A stretch of DNA of 64,000 nucleotides from an uncultured Dehalococcoidia bacterium (lineage in GTDB: Bacteria; Chloroflexota; Dehalococcoidia; Lucifugimonadales; UBA826): the NCBI GenBank assembly GCA_964343265.1, contig CAYFIW010000003.1:9688-73687 (forward strand), in the 5' to 3' direction. A program made the translations under genes and the position numbers. Positions 10,814-20,485 of this stretch are shown in pieces (within the stretch, counting starts at the first letter, position 1; every line of letters starts with the position of its first letter). Under the pieces are notes generated by a model. That model was not told where the DNA came from, did no database searches, and saw only the letters and a program-made list of their open reading frames with translations.

Positions 10814-11686
10814 TTACTCAAAAATTGAGGCAATTATCTCCGTTATGCTTTGTTGAACTTGAACATCATCTGTAATTGCCCAGTTGACTGAGACTTGACA
10901 GGCTCTTCTGGGGGCAATTCCCTGAGCTATAAGCTTCCCTGCATATATCAACAATCTCGTACTCGCCCCTTCCCCAAGGCCATGTTCTTTCAAATTTCTT
11001 ACTTTCTCTCCAAGTTTGGCCAGTTGCATCGCAGTATCCGCATCTATATTCGCCTCATGCTGGACAATTTCTGCTTCAACATCCCTCGGTGGATAATCAA
11101 ATTCAATAGACACAAATCTCTGTCTTGTACTGTGTTTCAGATCTTTAAGGGCGCTCTGATATCCTGGGTTGTACGACAGAACCAACAAAAATCCTTCAGC
11201 CGCCTCAAGTAATTCGCCCTTTTTCTCAACAGGCAATATCCTTCTATGATCTGTTAACGGGTGGATGAGTACCGTAGTATCCTTTCTGGCCTCAACTATC
11301 TCGTCCAAATAACAGATACCGCCAACTTTTACAGCCCTAGTCAACGGACCATCTAGCCAGACCGTTTGATCACCCTCTAAAAGGTATCGTCCAACCAGGT
11401 CACTTGCTGTCAAATCCTCATGACAAGCTATAGTGACCAAGGGCAAATTTACGCCACCTTCATCTCCCTTTTTGACCTTAGTTAGCTCCAATCCAAGACG
11501 ATAAGCCATGTATTCAACAAATCTAGTTTTACCACAACCTGTTGGACCTTTAAAAATTAACGGCAACCGTTGCTTATAGGCAGCCTCAAATAACTCTACT
11601 TCGTCCCCCACTGGTACGTAATACGGCTCATCTTCCAGGTGGTACTCTTCTATTATGTAGCTCTTATATAGAGTCTGTGTGGTCAT
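10814..11686 (-). CDS. CbbQ/NirQ/NorQ-family MoxR-like AAA+ ATPase
   Basis: 290 aa. Walker [11 protein letters not shown], Walker [19 protein letters not shown] segment and STRLL segment typical of CbbQ/NorQ. Confidence 0.9.
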   Translation of the reverse strand: MTTQTLYKSYIIEEYHLEDEPYYVPVGDEVELFEAAYKQRLPLIFKGPTGCGKTRFVEYMAYRLGLELTKVKKGDEGGVNLPLVTIACHEDLTASDLVGRYLLEGDQTVWLDGPLTRAVKVGGICYLDEIVEARKDTTVLIHPLTDHRRILPVEKKGELLEAAEGFLLVLSYNPGYQSALKDLKHSTRQRFVSIEFDYPPRDVEAEIVQHEANIDADTAMQLAKLGEKVRNLKEHGLGEGASTRLLIYAGKLIAQGIAPRRACQVSVNWAITDDVQVQQSITEIIASIFE

Positions 11687-11719
11687 ATTTAGTTTCCTAA
11701 TCTCCTATTGTGGCAATTA

Positions 11720-12316
11720 TTAGCTCGAAACGCGCTGAGCCCACAAGGACTCAACGTTTTCCTTCAGATCTTCAACAGATCCAGTATTACTTATGATTAC
11801 ATCCCCATGTGCTGATCTTTCCAACGAAGTCATCTGGGAATTAATCCGTTTTTGCGCATCTTCACGGGAAAGACCATTTCTACTCGCTAGCCTACTTATG
11901 ATCTCTTCTTCATCCGCGGTTACTACCCAAATTTCATCAAAAAGTGATTCCCATCCTGCTTCTATCAATACAGCCGCCTCAACGATAGCTATGAGTTGTC
12001 CTTTACTTTCAACATCGTCAAGTTTGGTCTGGATCATACTTTTGATTAAAGGGTGCATTATTGCATTCAGACGATCCATATTCGATGGGTCAGAGAATAC
12101 GATGGGCCCAAGCTTTTGACGATCGACATGGCCATCTTTCCCTACTATGTCTTCACCAAATTCTGAGACAACTTGTTCAAAGCCGACTGTTCCCGGAAGA
12201 TAGGCTTCGTGTCCAAGTAAATCGGCATTAATTACATTGGCCCCTTGTTCCTGAAGAAAGGTAGTCACCAACGATTTACCTGTTCCAATGCCGCCTGTAA
12301 GTCCTATTTTCAGCAT
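11720..12316 (-). CDS. coaE: dephospho-CoA kinase
   Basis: 198 aa. N-terminal P-loop IGLTGGIGTGKS. Typical CoaE size. Confidence 0.9.
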   Translation of the reverse strand: MLKIGLTGGIGTGKSLVTTFLQEQGANVINADLLGHEAYLPGTVGFEQVVSEFGEDIVGKDGHVDRQKLGPIVFSDPSNMDRLNAIMHPLIKSMIQTKLDDVESKGQLIAIVEAAVLIEAGWESLFDEIWVVTADEEEIISRLASRNGLSREDAQKRINSQMTSLERSAHGDVIISNTGSVEDLKENVESLWAQRVSS

Positions 12317-12484
12317 CGTTACTCCACTTTATTAAAGTCAATTCGGTCATTGTACAGGAACAAAAAAAGAAGGGTCAATAATAAGTATGAAACTTATCTA
12401 AAGTCGTGATCCACACACTAATATGCCTGGCAATATATACTTTATGTGTCTACGACATAAATTAAGGTGAGTTAGTCGTGTAAT

Positions 12485-13840
12485 ATGAACTCAGAATTCA
12501 GAAAAATACCTAGTGTAAATGCAATCTTAGAATGTCCTGAGGTTACGGAACTAATCGAGGAATACAGTCATGATAGTGTCACAGAATTGGCACGAGAGGT
12601 CATTAAAACAACTCGTACAAAAGTACAAAACGGTGGAAGTTCTCCACAGCTTGACGAGTTAGCTTTACAAGTCATTAAACTATCTGAGAGGCGATGGTGT
12701 ATTTGGCCCAAACAAGTTATAAACGCCACAGGAGTGGTTTTACATACCAATTTAGGAAGAGCTCCCTTAAGCCCTGAATCTATTGAGGCAGCTCATAGGG
12801 CAACGGCGGGCTATAGCTCCCTTGAAATGAACTTGGATTCCGGCAAACGAGGATCCAGACAGAGACAAATTTCTGAAAACATTTGTCAATTAACCGGGGC
12901 AGAAAGTGCGCTTGTTGTGAACAACAACGCTGCAGCCGTTGTACTAGGATTAGCGGCCCTATCTAAAGGGAAAGAAGTAATTGTATCAAGGTCAGAAGCA
13001 GTGGAAATTGGTGGTGGATTTAGAATCCCAGACGTACTGCTTCAGAGCGGTGCTTTTTTAAAAGAAGTTGGAACCACCAACAGGACCTATAGTACAGATT
13101 TTGACAACGCGATCAATGAGTGTACTGGGGCCCTAATGTCCATTCATGCTAGCAATTTTAAAATTGTTGGCTTCACTCATTCACCTAATATTAAGGATTT
13201 ATCAGAAATCGCTAAACCTAAGGGTATTCCCATACTGCACGACGTTGGAAGCGGGTGTCTTCTAGACACAAGTCAGTTCGGACTGGACGCTGAGCCGACA
13301 CCAAAGGAAAGTATCGATCAAGGGGCTGACGTAGCTTTCTTCTCAGCAGATAAACTTTTGGGCGGTCCTCAAGCAGGCATCATAGTTGGGAAAACAATTT
13401 ACTTAGATAAAATTGCCAAGCATCCTTTAGCAAGAGCGTTTCGAATAGACAAAATGAACCTTGCAGCTTTAAATGCTACTCTCATGCATTACATAAAGAA
13501 TGAAGCCACTGAAAAAATCCCTGTCTGGCAAATGATTTCGGCTTCAAAGAATACTCTGGAAACTAGAGCAAATCACATAAAAGACAAAATACCTGGTCCA
13601 TTAAAAGTAGAAACCACAAAAGCGACTATAGGGGGCGGTAGTCTACCCGGCAATGAATTAGACTCCATCGGATTAGTGATATATGGTCTCTCACCTGAAA
13701 AAATCAGTGAGAAATTAAGGACATCCAATAGGCCCGTCGTTGGCAGAATAGAATCAGACAAAATTGTTCTAGATATTCGAACAGTCCTACCTGATGAAGA
13801 CAACGATCTTGCAGATAGCATCATATCAGCCATCAGATGA
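12485..13840 (+). CDS. selA: L-seryl-tRNA(Sec) selenium transferase
   Basis: 451 aa. N-terminal IPSVNAIL motif and the PLP-lysine region FFSADKLLGGPQAGIIVG, which matches the SelA FSGDKLLGGPQAG signature. Confidence 0.87.
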   Translation: MNSEFRKIPSVNAILECPEVTELIEEYSHDSVTELAREVIKTTRTKVQNGGSSPQLDELALQVIKLSERRWCIWPKQVINATGVVLHTNLGRAPLSPESIEAAHRATAGYSSLEMNLDSGKRGSRQRQISENICQLTGAESALVVNNNAAAVVLGLAALSKGKEVIVSRSEAVEIGGGFRIPDVLLQSGAFLKEVGTTNRTYSTDFDNAINECTGALMSIHASNFKIVGFTHSPNIKDLSEIAKPKGIPILHDVGSGCLLDTSQFGLDAEPTPKESIDQGADVAFFSADKLLGGPQAGIIVGKTIYLDKIAKHPLARAFRIDKMNLAALNATLMHYIKNEATEKIPVWQMISASKNTLETRANHIKDKIPGPLKVETTKATIGGGSLPGNELDSIGLVIYGLSPEKISEKLRTSNRPVVGRIESDKIVLDIRTVLPDEDNDLADSIISAIR

Positions 13841-14142
13841 CATCAAAAAGACCTGATGAATCAAAGCTATACAAACAACTTTCCGTATCTACTGAAATAC
13901 ACCTGAGGCACCTAAGTATAAAAGTAGGATTAGCAAGGTTAGCTGATTATTTGAACAGGGCAGCAAAAGCGGGAATTATCAGAGTAACCATAATTCACGG
14001 AAGAAGTGGCGGCGATCTAAAGAAAGCAGTTCACGAACACTTAAAAACCAACAAGCTGGTCAAAAGTTATGAATATCCTGCTTTGCCATCCGAGGGTGGT
14101 CCCGGGGCAACAATAGCAAGATTACATAAAATTACTGATTAA
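13837..14142 (+). CDS. small Smr-domain protein
   Basis: 101 aa. IIHGRSGG (HGxG-type Smr motif) with a preceding IHLRHLS segment. The start overlaps the selA stop (ATGA). Confidence 0.6.
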   Translation: MTSKRPDESKLYKQLSVSTEIHLRHLSIKVGLARLADYLNRAAKAGIIRVTIIHGRSGGDLKKAVHEHLKTNKLVKSYEYPALPSEGGPGATIARLHKITD

Positions 14143-14437
14143 GTCGCGAGACTCTTGAATTCGTGACCGCCCCCCAAGTAGCAACTAGAAATGGGATCGT
14201 ATAAGTAAGCGGAATTTTCCATAACATGGCGATTTGGTAATTCCTCGAGACAACCAGATCTCCTTGATTTATCACTGTCAAAATCGTTCCAACTAACAAA
14301 GAAGCAATCAGAGACTTTTTTAAAAGCCCTATGTTTATTAAATAACACCTTAAATGAAGATTTTCCGACAAGTTACGAGAATAGTACGTATTACCAAGGT
14401 TACGAGCACACGTTGAACAGTTTAATGAAGTTGCCAT
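14132..14437 (-). CDS. small two-TM membrane protein, NrtS-like (nitrate/nitrite transporter NrtS family), tentative
   Basis: LLVGTILTVINQGD ... KIPLTYTIPFLVATWGA resembles the NrtS family as I remember it. Its 3' end overlaps the smr 3' end by 11 nt. Confidence 0.4.
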   Translation of the reverse strand: MATSLNCSTCARNLGNTYYSRNLSENLHLRCYLINIGLLKKSLIASLLVGTILTVINQGDLVVSRNYQIAMLWKIPLTYTIPFLVATWGAVTNSRVSRLNQ

Positions 14438-14560
14438 AAATTCTTCCCGTCAATAAATCTTGCTTAAATGCCCTTAGGTAGAAAATATTTGATTACTAAT
14501 GTTTCAAAGAATCATATAAACTCTGCACTATATCTAAATAAATGGAAATAGATAAGTTAT

Positions 14561-15880
14561 ATGACGCTTTTTGAACACGAAGCACACAAACATTTGTTGG
14601 ATTCAGCTCCTCTAGCTGCCAGGATGCGTCCCGAATGTCTTGACGATTTTATAGGTCAAACGCATGTCATCGGATACGAGTCTGTTTTACGTAAAAGTAT
14701 TAATTCGGGCCATCTACCTTCATTTATTTTATGGGGACCTCCAGGTACAGGAAAAACAACTCTCGCCAATATTCTTTCGGTATCCACAGGACACCATATG
14801 GAAAAAATGAGCGCAGTAACCTCAGGCGTAAATGATCTTCGTGCCAGCCTTAATAAAGCTAAAGACATGATCGAGTTGCATTCAAAAAAGACTGCCCTTT
14901 TTATTGACGAAATTCACCGTTTTAACAAAGCTCAGCAGGATGTCGTCCTGCCATACGTAGAAGACGGAACAATAACACTGATAGGTGCTACTACTGAAAA
15001 TCCATCGTTCGAAGTTATATCTCCTCTTCTATCCCGATGTAGAGTATTTACCTTGAAACCACTACTGCCATCTGAAATCTCCCTGATCTTGAACAGGGCT
15101 ATATCCGATGAGAATAGAGGTTTAGGAAAGCTCTCAATAAAAATTCAAGATGATGCTATCCAATTAATAGCAAACATGTCTGGTGGAGATGCTAGATGGG
15201 CTCTTAATTCACTTCAATTAGCCGTAGATTCAAATTCTCCACAACAGGGTCACCAGATTATTAACATAAAGGATGTGGAAGACTCAATAAATTCTTCTCT
15301 AGGTAAATACGATAAATCAGGGGAAAATCACTACAACACAATTTCAGCTTTCATAAAATCAATACGCGCATCTGACCCGGATTCCGCGGTTTATTGGTTA
15401 GCTCGAATGATACGCGGCGGTGAAGATCCAATGTTTATAGCAAGGAGGTTGATTATCTCAGCCTCAGAAGACATAGGACTAGCGGATCCTAGGGCATTAT
15501 CTGTGGCAATATCAGCCCAGCAAGCCCTTCAAGTGGTTGGCCTACCAGAAGGAAGAATACCATTGGCACAAGCCACTATCTATTTGGCATCTGCCCCTAA
15601 AAGCAACACAGCTTATTTGGCAATAAACAAAGCATTGAGTGAGGTAGCTAGTTCCGGCGACTACGAAGTCCCGCTACATCTAAGGAACGCTGTAACTAAC
15701 TTGATGGAGGACCAAGGCTATGGGTCAGATTACAAGTACGCACACGATTTCAAAGGAAACTTCACACCGACAAAAAATCTCCCATCAGAATTAGACGGAA
15801 AGAAATTCTATCGGCCTGGGGATCAAGGATATGAAAAATTCATGAAAGAAAGATTGGAGAATTGGTGGGGCGATGAATAA
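14561..15880 (+). CDS. rarA: replication-associated recombination protein A (AAA+)
   Basis: 439 aa. Walker A GPPGTGKTTLA, Walker B LFIDEIHRFNK, C-terminal MgsA-type domain (YKYAHDF). Confidence 0.93.
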   Translation: MTLFEHEAHKHLLDSAPLAARMRPECLDDFIGQTHVIGYESVLRKSINSGHLPSFILWGPPGTGKTTLANILSVSTGHHMEKMSAVTSGVNDLRASLNKAKDMIELHSKKTALFIDEIHRFNKAQQDVVLPYVEDGTITLIGATTENPSFEVISPLLSRCRVFTLKPLLPSEISLILNRAISDENRGLGKLSIKIQDDAIQLIANMSGGDARWALNSLQLAVDSNSPQQGHQIINIKDVEDSINSSLGKYDKSGENHYNTISAFIKSIRASDPDSAVYWLARMIRGGEDPMFIARRLIISASEDIGLADPRALSVAISAQQALQVVGLPEGRIPLAQATIYLASAPKSNTAYLAINKALSEVASSGDYEVPLHLRNAVTNLMEDQGYGSDYKYAHDFKGNFTPTKNLPSELDGKKFYRPGDQGYEKFMKERLENWWGDE

Positions 15881-15905
15881 TTGAAAAAGGATTCCAATAT
15901 AGACA

Positions 15906-17111
15906 TTAGTTATTAGATTCGCTAACTGCCAATAACATCCTTAACTTCCTAGTAATTCGGACAGCATGAGTGATTATTATGAATCCTCCGAATCCTACTG
16001 CTATAGGGGCTCCTAAAACTGTTGCGATTGCACCTGAATGTATCCCAGCAATCCCACTAAGCCCCCAACTGAAACTCTGAAAACTCAATACCCTTCCTCT
16101 TATTCCATCAGGTACGGAACTTTGAAGAATAGTTGCGAGAGCGCTTTCATACATAGTTGCTCCACCATATGCTAAAGCGATTATTGCAAGAGAAACATAG
16201 AAGTTATTAGACAGCGCAAATGCTATAAGACCTACTCCAAAAGACACAAGTCCTAAAACTACCATCAGGTACTTTCTTTTTACCTCTGGTGCTAGGGAAA
16301 TAATCACAGATGAAAGTGCTGCGCCTCCCGCACCACCTGCTATGAGATAACCTAGACCAGTTGCCCCCAAGCCGAGTTCATCTCGAGCAATTACAGGCAA
16401 CATAGATTCAACAGCCCAACCAAACAATTCGCTTACCATTATCGTAACAATTACTAATCTGATCAGTGGTGTCCTCAAAACATATTTAGCCCCCTCCACA
16501 ATATCTTCTTTATGGCTACTTACGGTAGGTTTGGGAGTTTCTATGCCTCTAAGATTAATCAGTAACAAAATTGCCAATAATACAGCTAGAGAAGCCAAAA
16601 AGAATGAATATCCTATACCGTACGGTTCTATAATCCAGCCTGCAAGTAAGGGGCCGACCACACTCATCGTGGTCATTGAAAAAAAGTTGGCAGCAATCCC
16701 CTTTAAAAGGCTTCCTTGTCCCACAATATCCAATGTAAGAGCCATTTTTCCAGATATTTTCACCGCATGAACTAACCCATTCATCAAGGCCAGAAAAAGT
16801 ATCACAGGGAGATATTCATTCTCCATTAGAACCATCGTACCGACAATTAATGTGACCATCATTTGGATACATTGTGCTAACAGTAATATCCGCAATCGGT
16901 TGTGCCGGTCAATAAGTGCACCTGCTAGCAAACTAAAGGCTGTCATTCCAACCCCATGCATAGCTGCTCCAATTCCTACCCAGAGTGCAGAATCAGTAAG
17001 TGACAAAAGTAACCAAGCAATAGCCATTATTGAGATAGGCAAAGACATATCGTCAAATAAACTACCTACCCAAAAAAGTCTAAACCGTTTATTAGATACT
17101 AGAAGGCCCAT
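15906..17111 (-). CDS. MFS transporter
   Basis: 401 aa and uniformly hydrophobic with about 12 predicted TM segments. GALIDRHNR loop resembles the MFS motif A position. Confidence 0.78.
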   Translation of the reverse strand: MGLLVSNKRFRLFWVGSLFDDMSLPISIMAIAWLLLSLTDSALWVGIGAAMHGVGMTAFSLLAGALIDRHNRLRILLLAQCIQMMVTLIVGTMVLMENEYLPVILFLALMNGLVHAVKISGKMALTLDIVGQGSLLKGIAANFFSMTTMSVVGPLLAGWIIEPYGIGYSFFLASLAVLLAILLLINLRGIETPKPTVSSHKEDIVEGAKYVLRTPLIRLVIVTIMVSELFGWAVESMLPVIARDELGLGATGLGYLIAGGAGGAALSSVIISLAPEVKRKYLMVVLGLVSFGVGLIAFALSNNFYVSLAIIALAYGGATMYESALATILQSSVPDGIRGRVLSFQSFSWGLSGIAGIHSGAIATVLGAPIAVGFGGFIIITHAVRITRKLRMLLAVSESNN

Positions 17112-17199
17112 AGAAAAAATTTACCCAATGCCCTACTAGTCTTGATATTATTTCCTCAACATGTCTTTTCGTGTTTTTCTGAATATAAAAACAATCAGT

Positions 17200-18231
17200 T
17201 CAGCTTACCAGTACACTTCTCATAGTGTCTAACACGTAGTCAATATCACTTGATGTTATCCCGTAATGTGTCACAAATCGCCATCTTCGAGCGGATGACC
17301 CTCCCTGTACTCCCTCAGATTCAAGTTTTCGAGCGACCTCCTCCCTATTTCCATGATTTACATTAAAGAAAACCAGATTTGTTTCCACATCAGATGGATC
17401 TATGTCGATCGTAGGGATATCGGATAATCCAATAGCTAATTTTTTTGCATTCTCGTGATCTTCCTCAAGTCGGGACACCATGGTCTCTAAAGCAATAATT
17501 CCTGGAGCAGCTAGAAACCCCGCCTGTCGTGTTCCTCCGCCAATCATTTTTCTTATTCGGCGTGCATTGTCGATAAATTCCGAGTCCCCGCAAACGACAG
17601 ATCCAACGGGACAACTCAGACCTTTCGAGAGGCAAAACGTCACTGAATCTGCAGGCTCAACTAAATCCTTCACATCACATTTTAAGGCAACAGCAGCGTT
17701 AAATATTCGTGCTCCGTCTATGTGTAATGGAATACCATTGTCGTGAGCGACATCTGCTACGACTTTAGTGTATTGGGGAGATAGAATCTTCCCACCACAA
17801 TTATTTTGAGTGTTTTCCAGGGATACCAATGCGGTCTTGGGGTAATGATGATTCGTCGAATCTCTGACAGCGTCATTAATTTGTGAAGGCTCAATCATTC
17901 CATTTTCATCATTGTCTAATAGATGATAAGAAACTCCTCCTAACGCCGATGCTCCAGCAGCCTCAGATCTAAAAATATGGGACTTGGAACCAATAATAAT
18001 CTCGGAACCGCGGCCTGCGTGCGCCAGTATAGACACGAGATTGCCCATTGTCCCACTAGATACAAACACGGCATCATCTTTGCCTAAAATTTCAGCCGAC
18101 ATTTTTTCAAGTTTATTTACACTCGGATCATCGCCGAAAACGTCGTCTCCAACTTCAGCTGAAGCTATTGCCTTTAGCATAGCTTCAGAGGGCTTGGTTA
18201 CGGTGTCACTTCTTAAATCGACTCGTCTCAT
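17200..18231 (-). CDS. ltaE: low-specificity L-threonine aldolase (PLP-dependent)
   Basis: 343 aa. DLRSDTVTKP N-terminus, GDDVFGDDP and SGTMGN motifs. Confidence 0.85.
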   Translation of the reverse strand: MRRVDLRSDTVTKPSEAMLKAIASAEVGDDVFGDDPSVNKLEKMSAEILGKDDAVFVSSGTMGNLVSILAHAGRGSEIIIGSKSHIFRSEAAGASALGGVSYHLLDNDENGMIEPSQINDAVRDSTNHHYPKTALVSLENTQNNCGGKILSPQYTKVVADVAHDNGIPLHIDGARIFNAAVALKCDVKDLVEPADSVTFCLSKGLSCPVGSVVCGDSEFIDNARRIRKMIGGGTRQAGFLAAPGIIALETMVSRLEEDHENAKKLAIGLSDIPTIDIDPSDVETNLVFFNVNHGNREEVARKLESEGVQGGSSARRWRFVTHYGITSSDIDYVLDTMRSVLVS

Positions 18232-18358
18232 GAATTAAATCCCCCATATTTCTAGAATTCAAACAAACATTTATATCTATTCACCTATTTACATGTTGCC
18301 AAATAATATACATCCTTCTTAACATTTATTAATTAACCTCAGCAATAAAGATAATTCA

Positions 18359-18994
18359 GTGAAAAAATCAAACCAAATAATTAAATCTGATCAAATAGAA
18401 CTACAATCAACAATCATAATGCCGAATGAAGTAGATAGACCTCCGTGTCTAATACTTTGTCATCCGAATCCCAGGACTGGGGGTTCCATGGATAACAATA
18501 TAATTGACTGTCTCGAAGAACCTTTAATCTCAGCAGGAATAGCCATAATAAAATTCAACTTTAGGGGCGTCGGGGAAAGTTCAGGAGAGTTTACGGACGG
18601 ACGTGAGGAAGCCTCAGATGTCTTATCTGTAGTAGAGTTTGCCTCTAGAGCACCGTATATTAATGGGAGCAGACTAGGGGTAATGGGATATTCATTTGGC
18701 GCATGGATGGCCCTTGAAGCAGGACTTGCAACTAATAAAATCAAAACCTTAGTTTCTGTAGCATGCCCTCAAAGATGGTATTCAACCTTTGGAACTACAG
18801 AGATTGTGCAACCAAAGCTGCTTATATCTGGTGATCGAGATCATGATTTCCCTTTAGGACAATTCAGATTCCTGTCAAATAGATTCACTGACCCAAAGGA
18901 GATAGAAATAATATCTGGCGCGGATCACTTTTTCAGAGGCTATGAAAGCCTACTAAGTGAACTAATTACAAAATTCGTCGATAAAACCATATAG
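18359..18994 (+). CDS. alpha/beta hydrolase
   Basis: 211 aa. Nucleophile elbow GYSFGA, with a late D (GDRD) and H (GADHFF) in catalytic-triad order. Confidence 0.65.
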   Translation: MKKSNQIIKSDQIELQSTIIMPNEVDRPPCLILCHPNPRTGGSMDNNIIDCLEEPLISAGIAIIKFNFRGVGESSGEFTDGREEASDVLSVVEFASRAPYINGSRLGVMGYSFGAWMALEAGLATNKIKTLVSVACPQRWYSTFGTTEIVQPKLLISGDRDHDFPLGQFRFLSNRFTDPKEIEIISGADHFFRGYESLLSELITKFVDKTI

Positions 18995-19066
18995 ATGAAA
19001 ATTTTCAATAAAATATAACTACAAAACCTAAATAATTAAATACATATCAACATAGGAGCTCGACAT

Positions 19067-20485
19067 TTGTCTAAACAAATAGAATACAGAAAAGAACAAG
19101 ATTCCATGGGAGAATTTCAAGTTCCGAAAAATGCATATTACGGCGCTAACACAATGAGGGCTGTCCTAAATTTTCCTATTAGTCAATTAAGATTTTCAAG
19201 ATCATTTATTCGTGCGATAGCCCAAGTCAAACTCGCCGCAGCAGAGACCAATATGCAGCTAGACCTAATAGAGTCAAATATAGGAAAGGCTATAGTACAA
19301 GCCTCTCAAGAAGTGTCTGAAGGCAAATTTGACGATCAGTTTGTTGTCGATATATTTCAAACAGGGTCCGGTACTTCCACAAACATGAATGCTAACGAAG
19401 TAATCTCTAACAGAGCGATAGAAATTTTAGGCGGCGAACTAGGAAGTCGAACTCCAGTTCACCCAAATGACCATGTGAATATCGGCCAATCTTCCAACGA
19501 TGTTATACCCACATCAATTCACGTTGCTGCAGCAACTGCAATCAAAGATGCGCTCATACCTTCATTAGAAAGATTACATAAGTCACTGCATTCAAAATCA
19601 AAAGAGTTTATGCCCATAGTAAAAACGGGAAGAACTCATTTACAAGATGCAACTCCGGTACGTCTAGGGCAGGAATTTTTAGGGCACGCGGGACAAATAG
19701 AAAGAGGAATTCATAGGTCAAAACAAGCCTTGGCAGAATTAAGTGAAGTCGCTTTAGGAGGCACAGCAGTTGGTACAGGTGTCAACACACACCCTGAATT
19801 CGCCAAAAAAGTATGCGATAAACTATCGACCTATCTAGGAATTGAATTCAGAGAGACGGACAACCACTTCCAAGCTCAGAGTACTTTAGACAACATAGTG
19901 GAAGCTAGTAGTTCCATGAAGACTTTAGCAGTAAGTCTTATGAAGATAGCCAATGATGTCAGATGGATGGGTTCAGGACCGCGCGGCGGATTTGGCGAAA
20001 TCGAGTTACCAGAAGTACAACCTGGCAGTTCAATAATGCCAGGTAAGGTAAATCCTGTGATACCAGAATCTGTATGCCAAGTATCAGCGCAAGTAATTGG
20101 AAACGATGCAACGATATCAGTCGCCGGACAATCTGGTAACTTCGAAATAAACGTAATGATGCCTGTAGCCGCATATAATTTACTCCAATCAATAGATCTT
20201 CTGGCTACTGTATCCAGTAATCTGGCAATCCAATGCATTGATGGTTTAAAAGCGACCACCAAGGGTCCGGAAATGGTGGATAAAGGTCTAGCTATTGTGA
20301 CTACATTGGTGCCTCATATCGGTTACGACGCCTCAGCATCCATAGCCCATAAAGCCCAATCCACAGGGCAGACTGTTCTAGAAGTTGCATTAGAAGAGAC
20401 AAATCTCAAAGAAGATGAACTTAGAGAAATTCTTAACCCCGATAGTATGACCGAACCGGGAATATCTGGCGTCTCTGTTGGCTAA
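19067..20485 (+). CDS. fumC: class II fumarate hydratase (fumarase/aspartase superfamily)
   Basis: 472 aa. GSSIMPGKVNP signature, QTGSGTSTNMN and GQSSND segments. TTG start with AGGAG about 8 nt upstream. Fumarase versus aspartase is not fully resolved (see rejected list). Confidence 0.75.
   Translation: MSKQIEYRKEQDSMGEFQVPKNAYYGANTMRAVLNFPISQLRFSRSFIRAIAQVKLAAAETNMQLDLIESNIGKAIVQASQEVSEGKFDDQFVVDIFQTGSGTSTNMNANEVISNRAIEILGGELGSRTPVHPNDHVNIGQSSNDVIPTSIHVAAATAIKDALIPSLERLHKSLHSKSKEFMPIVKTGRTHLQDATPVRLGQEFLGHAGQIERGIHRSKQALAELSEVALGGTAVGTGVNTHPEFAKKVCDKLSTYLGIEFRETDNHFQAQSTLDNIVEASSSMKTLAVSLMKIANDVRWMGSGPRGGFGEIELPEVQPGSSIMPGKVNPVIPESVCQVSAQVIGNDATISVAGQSGNFEINVMMPVAAYNLLQSIDLLATVSSNLAIQCIDGLKATTKGPEMVDKGLAIVTTLVPHIGYDASASIAHKAQSTGQTVLEVALEETNLKEDELREILNPDSMTEPGISGVSVG

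Noticed and set aside
6873-11686. Annotating the CbbQ/CbbO-like pair as Rubisco activase or NO-reductase activation proteins.
   Set aside because: No Rubisco, carboxysome or norCB genes are in the window, so the family name does not establish the client. It is left as a generic CbbQ/NorQ + VWA pair.
12317-12484. Search for tRNA-Sec (selC), selB or any tRNA/rRNA in spacers over 100 nt: 12317-12484, 26484-26780, 42167-42384, 47193-47475, 56587-56815 and others.
   Set aside because: All of these spacers are AT-rich without GC-rich acceptor-type stems or cloverleaf potential. No RNA gene could be supported by eye. A tRNAscan/Infernal run would be decisive.
19067-20485. Calling this gene aspartate ammonia-lyase (aspA) because of KVNPVIPE after the GSSIMPGKVNP signature.
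   Set aside because: The QTGSGT and GQSSND segments and the GNFEINV region look fumarase-like. From memory, actinobacterial-type FumC also carries KVNPV[LI]PE. It is kept as a class II fumarase with reduced confidence. Phylogeny is needed to settle it.
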